Of a stretch of 64,000 bases of DNA, positions 11,510 through 23,900 are shown one piece after another. Origin of the DNA: Cycas panzhihuaensis (lineage: Eukaryota > Plantae > Cycadophyta). Under the pieces are notes generated by a model, which did no database searches, was not told the origin of the DNA, and saw only the letters and a program-made list of their open reading frames with translations. The position numbers were made by a program, and so were the translations under genes. The stretch is from positions 42,353,741-42,417,740 of the forward strand of contig CM041465.1 in assembly GCA_023213395.1 (NCBI GenBank), in the 5' to 3' direction. Each line of letters begins with the position of its first letter. The stretch's first letter is position 1.

Positions 11510-12053
11510 TGTTAAAACCTTCATGCCCTAAGCATTAAGTCTTGACCTTGTACATTTGTATTTTTGTCATTTTATGCTTTATGTTGAAGTGATCTTTGTT
11601 TTATTTTTAAATTGTCTTTTATCTTTTGTGGTTTTTTCACATGTACTTAGTGGAAAGTCAACTTTGGATGGCTACACCTGTCACCATCCTAATCCTTGTG
11701 GAAAGTAGAGTTTTATTCAGACTTTTCTTGTACTTTTGATGAATGACATGTTTAAATCCTGACTATTGAAACTCCTTTATAAAGAGCCCTATTTTCCTTG
11801 TTTTGTAATGTAGTAATCTTAGAGTCAGTATTATGTTGTTGTAGCATTTTCTATAGGTTGATTTTGAGATTAATTCTCCTCCCTATTTTGCTTGTATAAT
11901 AGGTTGAGTTGTAATTGAATCTCCTCCCTATTATTCTCATGTTATGTAGTCCATGTTTCTATCAATCAAGCATTATCTTTCATGGTTTATGTATCCTATC
12001 ATGTTCCTCCAATAGATCCTGTGGCATCTTCATTTCTCTTACTTTCAATAACA
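11510..12053 (+). repeat. Probable 3' LTR of the copia element (right boundary uncertain)
   Basis: Polypurine tract AAGAGGGG at 11502-11509 is followed by TGTTA; candidate end TAACA at 12053 (alternative about 11964). No matching 5' LTR in the window. Confidence 0.55.
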
Positions 12054-12378
12054 ACGACAGTGAAAAAACTACCCAAATGGTATTTTCAAACTATTTCTAG
12101 TACACAACAAATTGAAAGTAGCAGACCCACAAAGATACTACAACAAAATAAAAACTATGCACTTATGATTGAAGTGTTTAGTACCAAAGAGCCTTCCACT
12201 TTTGAGGAGGCATGGAATGATGAAAAGTAGAAAACCACAATGGATAATGAAATCCATTCTATTCAAAAGAATGGAACATGGGACTTGTTTGATTTGCCTA
12301 AAAGTAAATAAGCAATTAATTGCAAGTGGATTTACAAAACCAAGTTTTGATCAAATGGTTCAATTGAGCAACACAAAA
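12054..12378 (+). mobile_element. Fragment of a second, related copia element (IN-RT linker and RT start)
   Basis: KKLPKWYFQT...NYALMIEVFSTKEPSTFEEAW...GTWDLFDLP is homologous to 9841-10165. Confidence 0.85.
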
Positions 12379-12705
12379 TGTTATAGGTCTAATCCTATAA
12401 CCATTCAAGATAGAGAAATACGAAGAGAAAATGATAGAAAGAAGATAACAATATATATCCTCTCTTTATAATAGAGTGAGGTATATATAACATTAAGAAC
12501 AATATGAATAACAATTATTAACATAAAACATATATCCTCTTTACAATAGAATGGGGTATGTATAACATTAACCTCTATATTATTATATTCCTACCTTTAT
12601 GCCAACCAATCCCCTACTTCCTTATCATTAACCTTAACTTCATATGGTAAAGAATCATAACTCTCTCTAACATGTGGTGAAGGCTCACCACATGCCCTCT
12701 CCCCT
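12379..12705 (-). mobile_element. 3' LTR (about 12379-12692) and PPT of a truncated LTR element
   Basis: TG at 12379 and CA at 12691-12692. Minus-strand purine tract AGGGGAGAGGGC at 12694-12705. A 10 bp hairpin lies at 12671-12694. No partner LTR was found. Confidence 0.55.
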
Positions 12706-12845
12706 CAGATGCTTCATCCTCGAAGCATCTTGATATATTGATGCATGTGACCACCTCCTGCTAGTGTTATCTAATCGATAGGTCTAGCGAAGATTGTTAA
12801 AAAAAATGCACATAGAATAGGGATCTATACATCCCAAGTAGATCT

Positions 12846-13170
12846 TGTTGGAGTGCGTGACACTAACTATCACGAGGAAGTCCTCTTCCCAAATCATCCC
12901 AGGCCTTTTGGTGTAACGACAACCTGTGACAAGTGGTATCAGAACGACCAGGTTTCAAAACCAGTCATGTGTTACCGCGGTAGCGCACCCGGACATACAT
13001 GAAGGCGAGGGAGTGGCCGCCAAGGAACGTCGTGGTGGACATGCATTACCGTGTAGGTATAGCCGACTCCTCATGATGGGGGAGTGTTGGAGCGCGTGAC
13101 ATTAACTATCACGAGGAAGTCCTCTTCCCAAATCACCCTGGGGCTTTTGGTGTAACGGCAACCCGTGACA
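12846..13170 (+). mobile_element. TRIM (terminal-repeat retrotransposon in miniature), 325 bp, structurally complete
   Basis: 86 bp LTRs at 12846-12931 and 13085-13170 (TGTTGG...GTGACA), tRNA-iMet-type PBS TGGTATCAGAAC at 12934-12945, PPT GATGGGGGAG at 13075-13084, perfect TSD GATCT on both sides. Confidence 0.95.
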
Positions 13171-14432
13171 GATCTTAATGTGCATAGAATCTCTATGACT
13201 TTGAAACCTCAAGCTTAAACAATATGCATGCCTGGGGTACATAGTCTATGAGGGCTTTGATGAGTGTTTCGATATTAAGTCTCATGTGTGGGTGTTCATA
13301 ATGTTCCACTTTCCTATGTCTTCCAACTTTTAGTGAATGGTACTCTTCTTTTTCTTTGGCTATAATTGGTGGTGTGGAATGGTAAATAGTTTCTGCTACT
13401 TACTCCTGATGTTTAGTTTCTCTCCCATCATTCTTTTATTGTTCTTGAATTTGTGAAGTGGAAAGAATTCTTTGTCCTACCTTTCAATTGAACTTCTCAA
13501 ATATTTAGCGAGCTTGTTGTTTTTTTGCTCAAGGCATTGCATCTTTTGCCACCAAGAAGCATTATATTTTACAAAGATAGTTGATACTAGCCAGCTAAAA
13601 TAATTTAATAAACTAAATTTATACCACTCCTTAAACTAAAGGTAAGCCTCTCCTTGTAAATACAATGAGGCTACTTTAGTCATCTCTCTGTGGTTTTTAT
13701 AGTTCTCATTAAGTGATTTTAATATGCATGCATATCTGCAACCCAGTCATCTGCAAAAAGAGTCTCATCTGCATTAAATATGCAGAGTATGAGTCTTTTC
13801 TAGCCATGATAATGTGGATGTGGGAGAGATTAAGTTGTGTCTCTAGCCAATTATCCCTCGATTTTGATACAAAAATAAATATTAGGCCTCAAGAACAACA
13901 ATTTGTGACCAAAGTTCGAACAACAAAAAAAGTACAATATGAAACCCGTAACTTCAAAATTTAATATCTAAAAATATATAGCTCAAAAATATACAAAATA
14001 TAGATTAAAATCACAACCTCTGAAATACAATTCCAATGGTTCAAGCACAATTGAATTCTGATATCTAAATCAAAAATTATGACCTTTCTAAGAAATATCA
14101 CAGCTAGGGCTTCTAGGAATTGCAACAATACCTGCTGGTAAAATGTTTATAACTTTCTACTCCGAATTCTGATCAACCTCAAACCACTTCCATTGGAAAG
14201 CAAATTAAAAAATTCACAAAATCAAAAAAAACATTGAGGTCATTTAAATATCTGTAGCCAAAGTTATGGCTCTTTGAAATTAAAGTAGCAGATATGTCCC
14301 TAAAATGTGGCGACAAAAAGCAGGTCAAAATTAAATATGTTATAATTTCTGCAACTTTTCGCCAAAACCCACACACTATGACAACTCAAAATTTATGGAA
14401 TGGGCTTTTTCATCTCAAAATCTCCATTGATT

Positions 14433-14954
14433 ACAAAAACGGCATATTCCACCCTAAAACCAAAAAAATGATAATTCTATCCAAAACCAAAATCCCCGCA
14501 AACAACCCAAAATAACCTAAAGAGAAACTTACTATTGAATCGAATAAACACCCAAAGCCTCACATCAACAAGAATGGACCATGAACAGACATTAATTGTT
14601 ACCCAATCAACTCCCCCTACCGACAGAGCATACATCAGCAATTGGAGTGAATAGACTCCAATTGAAATAGAAACTTGACTCCACTTTTTGGGTTGCAGTG
14701 GTAATACACAGTCCCACTTAGGGATACAATAATAAAAACACAAACTTTCTTGGCGTGTTATAGAACCCATACTTGAACCAACAAAAACGGCATATTCCAC
14801 CCTATAACCAAAAAATGATCATTCTATCCAAAACCAAAATCCCTGCAAACAATCCAAAACAACCTAAAGAGAAACTTACTATTGAATCAAATAAACACCC
14901 AAAGCCTCACATCAACAAGAATAGCCCATGAACAGACATTAATTGTTACCCAAT
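14433..14954. repeat. Pair of about 174 bp direct repeats (14433-14607 and 14781-14954)
   Basis: ACAAAAACGGCATATTCCACCCT...ATTAATTGTTACCCAAT occurs twice, 348 bp apart. Confidence 0.9.
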
Positions 14955-15673
14955 AACGCTTAAATTTATTTCACATGGACAATGAAGAGGGGGCAAGTGA
15001 TATGCCCAAGATTCTGTTCTTCAAAGTTTCAATGACAATATGGATGTTCCTAGGATTCAGACAAAAGAAATGAAAATTTTGGCAAGGAACAATATACAGA
15101 GAATATAATCTGTGCATTTGCCAGAAGACAAAGATGCACATAGTGATGACAACATTTGAGACAAAAAAATGTTGTATGACATAATACATGTAAAAGCATT
15201 TGATCAAACTGAAAGGACCATCAAAGAAGTCACATGGGAGAGAATTTGCAACAAATGGTAGCCTTTTTTGTTTTCATCACTTGGTGAGTTCAGGATAGTC
15301 ACACCCTTAGCAGCACACATATATGCCACAAATATTCTCCTCATGAATCAACACTTCTCTTTGCCTGTTCTTACAGTGCATAATTAAAAATGGCTTACAA
15401 TAAAGGGTCAGAATTAGATCGGTTACTTTTATTCCTACTTTTCATTGTTAAAAAATTTGCATTCATTGGATTCAGCAGCATAAAAACAGCTCCAATTCAA
15501 CTAATATGGGAAAAAGTTGGTATCATATAACCAGGTATGCTCCCTATGATAGATATGCATAGTGAAATGTATTTGTCTGTGAGTGAATTTTTTGTGTAAC
15601 AGTGAACTCTTCAAGGCCCCAAATAACTGAATTCCTTTTTGAACACACCAATTCAGGAAAATGAGAGAAGTAC

Positions 15674-17109
15674 CATAGAGGATTTCCAGCCAAAGGTAAT
15701 CCAGCCACTAAAGCAAGCAATATGCCCACACAGATGAAAAGTTGATTTACCGAACCAAGTGCACCACGGATCTCAGTGGGCGATATCTGCAATGGATTGG
15801 TAAGATCGTAAGAAACAGCTTGCAGCATTCTCATTAATTGCAGAAAAACACATTCCCATCTAACAATTTGCTTGATAAATGAAAACCTCTGTTTCCATGA
15901 GAAACTGAAACCATACCTCAGAAATATAAAGTGGCACTACAGAAGAAGTGACACCAATACCAACGCCCACAAGCAGCCTTCCAATAATCATCGCTTGTAC
16001 GCTTTGTGCTGTGGCACTGGTCAGAACGGTTTTGGAACATGTAAGCAAAGAAATTCCAATTGTCACCTCTGAAACTCCAATGATGAGTAACAAACCAAAA
16101 GCCAAGGTAAATAGCTCAAGACCTCAAGAAAGCACCAATCACAAGAGGTATAGCATCAAGTTGAAATGTCCTCCTCCGGCCCAGCTGATCGGCCAATGCA
16201 CCGCCAGTAAATGATCCAACAGTAGCACCTGCAAGTGTCGTGCTGACCACCCAACCTGGATGAGGCACTTCTTTCATTAGCATTTATAGTACATTCTATG
16301 AAGTGACTCAAAGTTTTCCTTGATCTTCATAAAAAATGAGGTTTTCCTTGCATTCTGCTAAGATTATCTAGGACTTCTAAAGAATAGCATACGTTGTATG
16401 TTTTCAATTCCATATATTTTGACAGATTAAAAGCATAAAAATAAAAAATCAGAAATGCAATTTTGATCTACTAGCCTTGCAAAACTGTATTTTCGGCAAA
16501 TCCAAGATCCTTAGAAAGATACTCAAGTGCTCCATTAACTACACTGCAATCCAAAATAGAATCACATTAGATGAAACTAGAATTGTCCTGCATTATAATT
16601 TCTCTGAATTTCAAACAGCCAAAGTTTTGTTACTAAAACAGCATGTATCTAGAAGGATGAATGGTAAATTTGACATTTCCAGCCATTAACAACACAATTT
16701 GCCATAAAATTCTACTCATTCTACACAATGCCATTGCATCAAAATAAATTTAACACACAATGGAAATGCATGAATAAAGATTATTGTAAAAAATAAAAAA
16801 GATATCAAATTGAGTGCTGATTGAATTGAAAACTTATGGCTTTGAATATTTTAAAATTTTAAAACATCAAAAAGTACATACCCAAGATGGTATCCAAACA
16901 ATATTGCTCCCAAGCATGCAACGCCAACATATGGCAATACCGTTCCAGAGGACAATGTTGTAGGTTTTCCCGACGCTGTTAATTCCGAATCTCTGTCTGC
17001 AATGTTACATAACAAATCACATAAGTGATTTAACCCATCAAACATACTGTGTAAGGCATCCACTTTGTGAGGAAAAACAAAAACAATCAATTAAGCTTAA
17101 AATACATAC

Positions 17110-17157
<48 letters not shown>

Positions 17158-19349
17158 GCAGTTGACAGTCTTGGAACAAGAGAAGTATAACAAGAGTCAA
17201 CAAGAAAGTATGTAGATACTCGATTTTTGTCCCAATACTTAACATCTATATTTTTTCCTTATGTACTCCAACTATATTTGACTTAGACATTTTAAAAATT
17301 TCCACGAATCAATCCTTCACATTGCCAAAACTCGTAAACTATCAGGGATATGCCAAAGTTTGGACTGTTCAAAGCCTAGTTTAAAGATGCATTAGGATTG
17401 TTCTAAAATAAGAATTAGATTTGCAAATGAAAAATGTGTAGTCTTAACAGAAGCAACACAGTCCTAATAGAAGCAATATCAGTCACTCAGGGCATATACC
17501 ACCAACAACAACAGTATAGAAAATGAAACCTAATGACACACCAGCAGATGTTGACGCATCAGTTTGGCAGATTGTACATATCTCCCAATGGCCACGGGGT
17601 TCATGTGGCATTCTGTGTGGATATAATTAGTTTGCCCAGGAATTTAACAAGCAACCACGAAGTGATATAAAGCAGCACCCTATATCATTACACCAACCCC
17701 AGTTTGTCTTCTCTCAACAGAAAGACAGCGGAACAAAAACTGGACTTAGGCAGCCAGTCAAAAAGTGTCAAACAAATTAAAACTAGCAGCTTCATTCAAT
17801 CCAATGGATAAGAAAAGGATTCAAACAGGAATGGAAAATGTGGACTAGTTTACAGCAGAAGAGATACCAGAAAAAACCTGTCCCCACACCTGCAATTTTC
17901 ACAAAAACCCCAGTCAAATGCAAACATGAAAAGAGAACACATACCCAGGTAAAGTCTACTGTTGGAACTGATAGCCCGCATTGTGTATGCATGTAATGGC
18001 TCCACAAAAATTCAACTCTTGACCATATGTGGAATTTCCCCTTCAATTATAACCAAACACCAACATAAAAAGGACCGTGAATTCCACAGTCGACTGACCC
18101 CAATTCCATGTGCATGTGCACGTGATATCGGCAACAGAATCTATTCATTACAGCCACCTAGAACTATGCTGCCAACCTTTATATCAAACCAGCTTTGACT
18201 TGAATACAAAGTTCAAACAGAAAATCGAAGGGTTGAAACAGAGATCTACTTCAAACATATTCTATCATAGACTATGAAAAACGGAAAGTGGAGAAAGACA
18301 TCTAGAACATATGTCTGGTTCTTGATTGAATGCAAAATGGCATTTAGCAGATAATACCCGGCGGTTTAACAGAGCAGTGGCGCAATGTCCTTTCCCCAGT
18401 TCAGTCTGTTTAAACCACGTGGGACACGTTAACGATCTTTGCTACTCAGTAGCCAGCCTAGAGTATAAATATCCTGGATATATCACAAAAAGAGGATGGG
18501 ACACGCGAATTTAAGATCATATTTTGAAACCTGCAAGCAAGACCAAGGAAGCTTCTAATTGTAAAGCTTCCGTTTACTCAACACACATAAGCTCCGCAAT
18601 AAGCTTATAAAGAAAATATACGAACCAAAAATAAAACCAAATTAAGCCGAGAAGCAAAACGGAGGATGCATCATCACATCTTCAATTTGTTGCCGAGGCG
18701 TAGGGCAGGTGATGAAGAGCTATTGCTTTTGCCAAATCAACGCGAGTTCAAATCCCATGGAGGGTGTACCAAACCCGGAGGCTGGTCACGCCAGCAGGGG
18801 GGATTTAAGGAAAGGGAACAAAAAAGCGGAAAGAAAGAAATCGATAGGCCCAATTCCCATACTTGGAAGTTCCCAAGATCAGATCGGCCACATATATGCA
18901 TGATACGTCTGCAATGGGTGCCGAAATCGATCGTTGCCAGAATCAGTCATGCAAGAAGAGACATAAAATGTTCTACAGCGATGAAGCAGAGTTCGGGATA
19001 AAAGCATGCAAGATCAATGTCAAACTTACAAAGAAAAAACTAAATATTATGAGCTAGAATACATACTATAAGCATTGGCCCGGACCGAACCGATGGAATC
19101 CCGCTTGTACGAAAATGTGTTACTGTGGATTAACCCCATTTCCCTTGTCTTCTGGGAAATCTGCCGCCCCCAGATCGACGACTTAATGCTTGCCCCTCCC
19201 TTTAAGTGCATCCCGGATGGTTTCTCCGTTACGGTCATATGGCTTACGCTAGCTCCGCTTCTAACACCACCCCATCCTTTGCGATCGCCTAAAATAGGAT
19301 CGTAAGGCAAACATAGCTTGGCGCTTCTTGAAATACCCGCTAGCTGCAT
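15674..19349 (-). CDS. pGlcT: Plastidic glucose transporter (MFS sugar porter, pGlcT type), 5' part; coding exons 19349-19067, 16996-16882, 16543-16476, 16255-16123, 16016-15917, 15786-15674
   Basis: The exons splice in consistent phase. They give a transit-peptide-like N-terminus (MQLAGISRS...VRANAY), then VLPYVGVACLGAILFGYHLGVVNGALEYLSKDLGFAENTVLQGWVVSTTLAGATVGSFTGGALADQLGRRRTFQLDAIPLVIGAFLSATAQSVQAMIIGRLLVG...[44 protein letters not shown]. Later exons are not in the window. Confidence 0.95.
17103..17150. repeat. (TACA)n(TA)n compound microsatellite
   Basis: Directly visible. Confidence 0.95.
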
Positions 19350-19369
19350 TATCTTCACTCAAATTGCTC

Positions 19370-19509
19370 CTATGTGGAACCCAATTAATCCAACCAAATT
19401 TTATTTCAGCTTAACCAAACTCCGCGATGCAGAAATATCAGATCTGCAAACGCAGCCAAATTTAAAATATCACAAACGCAATGCAATGCTCCAACCAATG
19501 AAATCATAC
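19370..19509 (-). other. Probable 5'UTR intron of pGlcT (a non-coding first exon lies above 19510)
   Basis: Donor AAG|GTATGA at 19509 and acceptor CATAG| at 19370, 20 nt before the ATG. Confidence 0.6.
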
Positions 19510-19799
19510 CTTGAAAATGTCTTCACAAGATGCCTCCGATTTCCCGCGTAGAATGGCACAAAGGAGAAAAAGGCAGTTTCCCCACCGGAATAAACACTTT
19601 GAATATACGATCCCACGGACTCCGGCAACTTCAGAAAGCAAAGTTACGATCAAAATAAAACCAAATGTTCCTCCAACAAGTTAGCCGGAGAACCTGAAGC
19701 TTTCGCCGACGAAAAGCAGCAAACTGAATATTAACGAACGAAGAAGAGATTCAGATCCGCGGTGCAAAAGAATAGTTGTTGCGATGCCAACCACCTCTG

Positions 19800-20100
19800 A
19801 AATGAGGATCTTTGGAAAAATCTATACTTTTGTGGGTGTGGAGGCTAAAAACAAAACATGAATTTTTAACTGCGGTTAATGCCGGACTTAACCACGGTGA
19901 ATGGTTCGGAAGTTTCCGGAATCTTGTGGGCTTCTATTTCAGAAAAAAATATATATATTAGGGAGAAATTTATGCTAGATTGCCTGCTAAATGGAGATTA
20001 CAATGACGAAGGAAAAAGCGTGATGGGGCAGCACGTGGGTCACCAGCCAGTTCCCCATTGCTCCCCGGTTTCTCCACCAATGGCAGCCGGTTGCCGGTCG
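19800..20100 (-). promoter_or_regulatory. Putative pGlcT promoter region
   Basis: CpG-retaining island upstream of the gene, TATA-like runs near 19825 and 19950, G-box CACGTG at 20032-20037. Confidence 0.4.
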
Positions 20101-20900
20101 TTTGGGCTGAGCAAAGTGTGAGTGTGTGCTTATCCTGTTGTCGATAAGGATTAGGAAAATCACTCCTATCTTTGACCTGCTGTCATGATTATTGTTTTGT
20201 TCTCCGTTTTGGATTCTTCGGAGTGGACAAAGTCGATTTGAGAAAAGATGGGATTAGGTTAACCACTTTGGAGGAGGGCCAATGAAGGATTGAACCCCCT
20301 TATTATGTAATCCTCCAAGCATCCCTCATTCAACTTCCCAGGTTGTTGGAGAGCATTGCATCCATTAAAGGGGGCATTTGCAATGCATATGATCTACTTT
20401 ACCCTATTGGGCAGGGGTTTTCATTAACAACATCAATCTTAATTTGTATTTGTAAATTCTTTATTTTTTTGGATTGCTATCTCATTCTTGAAAGGATTAG
20501 CAGATTAAAATTAAAATTGCACTTTGTTGCATTATTTTTAATATTGCCCCTACCCCTAAGTTACATATGATAATTATAATATTATATTATATATTTTAAA
20601 AAAAAAAGTTTATGATTAATTAATCCAAACATAACGGACAACACATAATATAAATGGTTTACTTCTTTAAAGTAACATATAATATGCATTGTTGACTCTT
20701 TCAAAATTTTTGGGAAGTAGCCCTACTTTTTATGATGAAAAAAAATACTACAATTTAGAATATATTGTTTTAAAAATGGAGTGGTCTTATCACAAAAATT
20801 CTTTATTAAAAGTATGTACTAATGATATTCTTAAAATTTTGAAATTAGATGCATTAAATTCTCTCCCCCGCTACACACACATTATGTATATACTAATGTA

Positions 20901-21055
<155 letters not shown>

Positions 21056-23900
21056 CCCCATTAATAAGCAAAGTATTAATATGTCCTTATAAGGGTATAT
21101 AAGCCAACACTAATAGATTTATAAAAGCATTGGTAATTGTTTAATCAAGTTATATTACCTATATACTCAATCTTCACAAATGGAATTTGTCCCACTTTCT
21201 AGTACTCAAAAAAAACAAATATGAGGGGATACTAGTGGGGACGATTATTTGCCATATATATGTATTAATTCCAAACAAAAATAAAAGGATCATAATCCCA
21301 CATAGGAGCCATTAAGAGCAAATTATACTGACCACAAAATGGCCATTAATACGTATGCCCCCCAACTTAAAGTTGTTAGAACTTAATAGGTACATTGGGG
21401 CCCACATAGAATTGTGATTATTTAAATTAGAATTATAAATAATAATATTACAGAAGTACATAATTGTGACTAGTCAACTAGCATGTAGGCAAAAATACCT
21501 ATGCTTGCAAGATATTAGGTAAATGCATTTTTTTAGATATAAGGAGACTAGAGAGGCGAATCTAAAATATGTTAATCTACTTATCTAAAAGTGCTTATAA
21601 TTTTGCCCAGGATTTTATAGTGTTAGAACTATTAGAACCAACCTATAGCATTAATGACTACTAAGTGGCTATTATAATCTATTATGCCTAATTACAAAGA
21701 AGTATAGGAGAATGGAAATAGATGGGCGTGCAACATTGTTAGATAAAAAATGTCCACTATCTAACAATTTGAATGTATTACTAAACACTAAGATTATCTA
21801 TCTTTATCCCCACCCCTAACAAAATAATGGAAAGGGTTAGTTGGCATACTAATCATGCTTGGAATTTATAATTAATACATTAAAGTCTATTATCATTAAC
21901 AACACTTCTTATTTACATATGAGTAACCTACATATTGATCAAGATGATTAATAAATCAAATCCCAGACATGTACATTTATTTTACTATAATAAAATAATA
22001 TTATAACTCTTTCTTGTGATAATTAATGTAACTCTTGATCCACAATTGTGATATGTATGAGTCATGACTTTGTAAGACTCTAGTCATGCTCACTTAAAAG
22101 TAAGTGATATCCATTCAACTATTTGACCAAACAATATTTATATGGATTAAGCTTATTTGATTTATTGATTTTTAAGAATCCTAAAGGATGCCTACATTCA
22201 TAATGAAAAATGGCATAAATTATACAATTAAATTAAAATGCATTTATAAGTATATTTGGCTCATATAAGTGTACCTATGGATTAGCGGCTTAGATGTTTA
22301 TAAAAGAGTTATTTTATGTGATTAATACTTATTTATTTTTGTGGAAAAAAATTAGCATTTTCCTTCTTAATAATTCTCATTAATAACATAAAGATTAGGT
22401 TGCCTCTAATTTTAGGTTACTTGTAATATGTTGGCAAATACCCCTTTGAAACGTGAAAATTACAACCTTGATCTTTGATTAACCAACTATTTCATGAAAC
22501 CTTTTCTTTTGATTAATTATCATCTTATTTTATTTTTGTCATTTCCTTAATGGCAATTTCAAGGTCTTTTCACTCAAATAGAATAATCAAATCGTTAGTG
22601 TATGAGGTCCCAATATATATTAGTTACGATCTTATTATAACATTATAGCCCATTTTAGTAGCATTGTCATGTATGATGGTGATGTAACCTAAACTCTTTA
22701 ATCATATTCAACTAGATATTCAATATTTATAAGTTCTTTTTTTTTTCTTTGTAAGGACCAAGAGCCTCTTTGAATTTCATTGCTATAGCCCTTATGACTA
22801 AAAGCTAACTTATAGACACAAGCATCCATATAGGATTTGAAATCTTAACAACCTAGAGAAAGCACTTACTTTCTATTAGTTGAGCTATGTGTTGGATATT
22901 ATCTTTATAGGAAATAATTAAATGATAAAATATAATAAGGCAAAGCCTTATGTGGTCAATCCATGCCTAACTCTATAAGGACATAACACCCCATTATAAC
23001 ATTTGTAAAGATACAATATAACTAGCTAGTTCATATGTTTAGTAAATGGTACATATAAACCCAAATGTCTTTAATCTTTTATAATATTTAGGCTCATTTA
23101 TGTAAGATTTTATGTAGTTCTTAACTATGCATTAATTAAATAATTAGGGGTAATCTAAAATATTGTTTTCACCTTCAAAATCTGTCATCCTTGGCCTTAT
23201 ATTTCTTCATATGATTACAAACTTAATATTAAGATAAAAGATGATTATTATTGCAAAGAAGTACGATAATATAGCTATAATTAATATTTGAGTTTTTCTC
23301 TCCAAATTTATTGTTAAGAAAAAATATATATCATTTGTTATGACATTAACAATGATTAATTATCAAGGGGGTATGATCATAAGGTCATACCTATTCACGA
23401 ATAAATAATATAACACATATATTATTGGGTATAATGTTCAATTACATATTGCAGTCATGTGAGGGTTAAGTCAAGTCCCTCCACTCTCTTAATATAATAT
23501 TGTGAGCATCTTAAGATGTACGCTTGTGCTTACATAGTTATATATCATCCCATTAGTAATCATAGAGGTTCTCACTTCATTGGTTAGATAATAGGTCAAT
23601 TGGTCTTATTAATATATGCATACATTTGACTTAATTCTTTGAAGGATGATCATTCTTCCACCATTTATTAGGTTCTTTCTTATATACATATTTCATCTTT
23701 GTTAATTTTATGTTTATTTTTCTTGGACCTCATATTTGTCCATAAATTATTTCAAACACATGGTATTTGAGCTAATGGAGAGATGCTTAGAGAACAATTT
23801 ATTTGAGCCTATTACTTGCTATTGTTTTGAGCCATTTCTTAGTACAAATTTGATGTGTGATACCATGTTAAAAATAGGTAGCATAATTACTTTGATACCA

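Noticed and set aside
18660-18720. C-box-like GTGATGA motifs on both strands in the pGlcT intron
   Set aside because: No suitably placed D box (CTGA) or terminal stem, so there is no support for a snoRNA.
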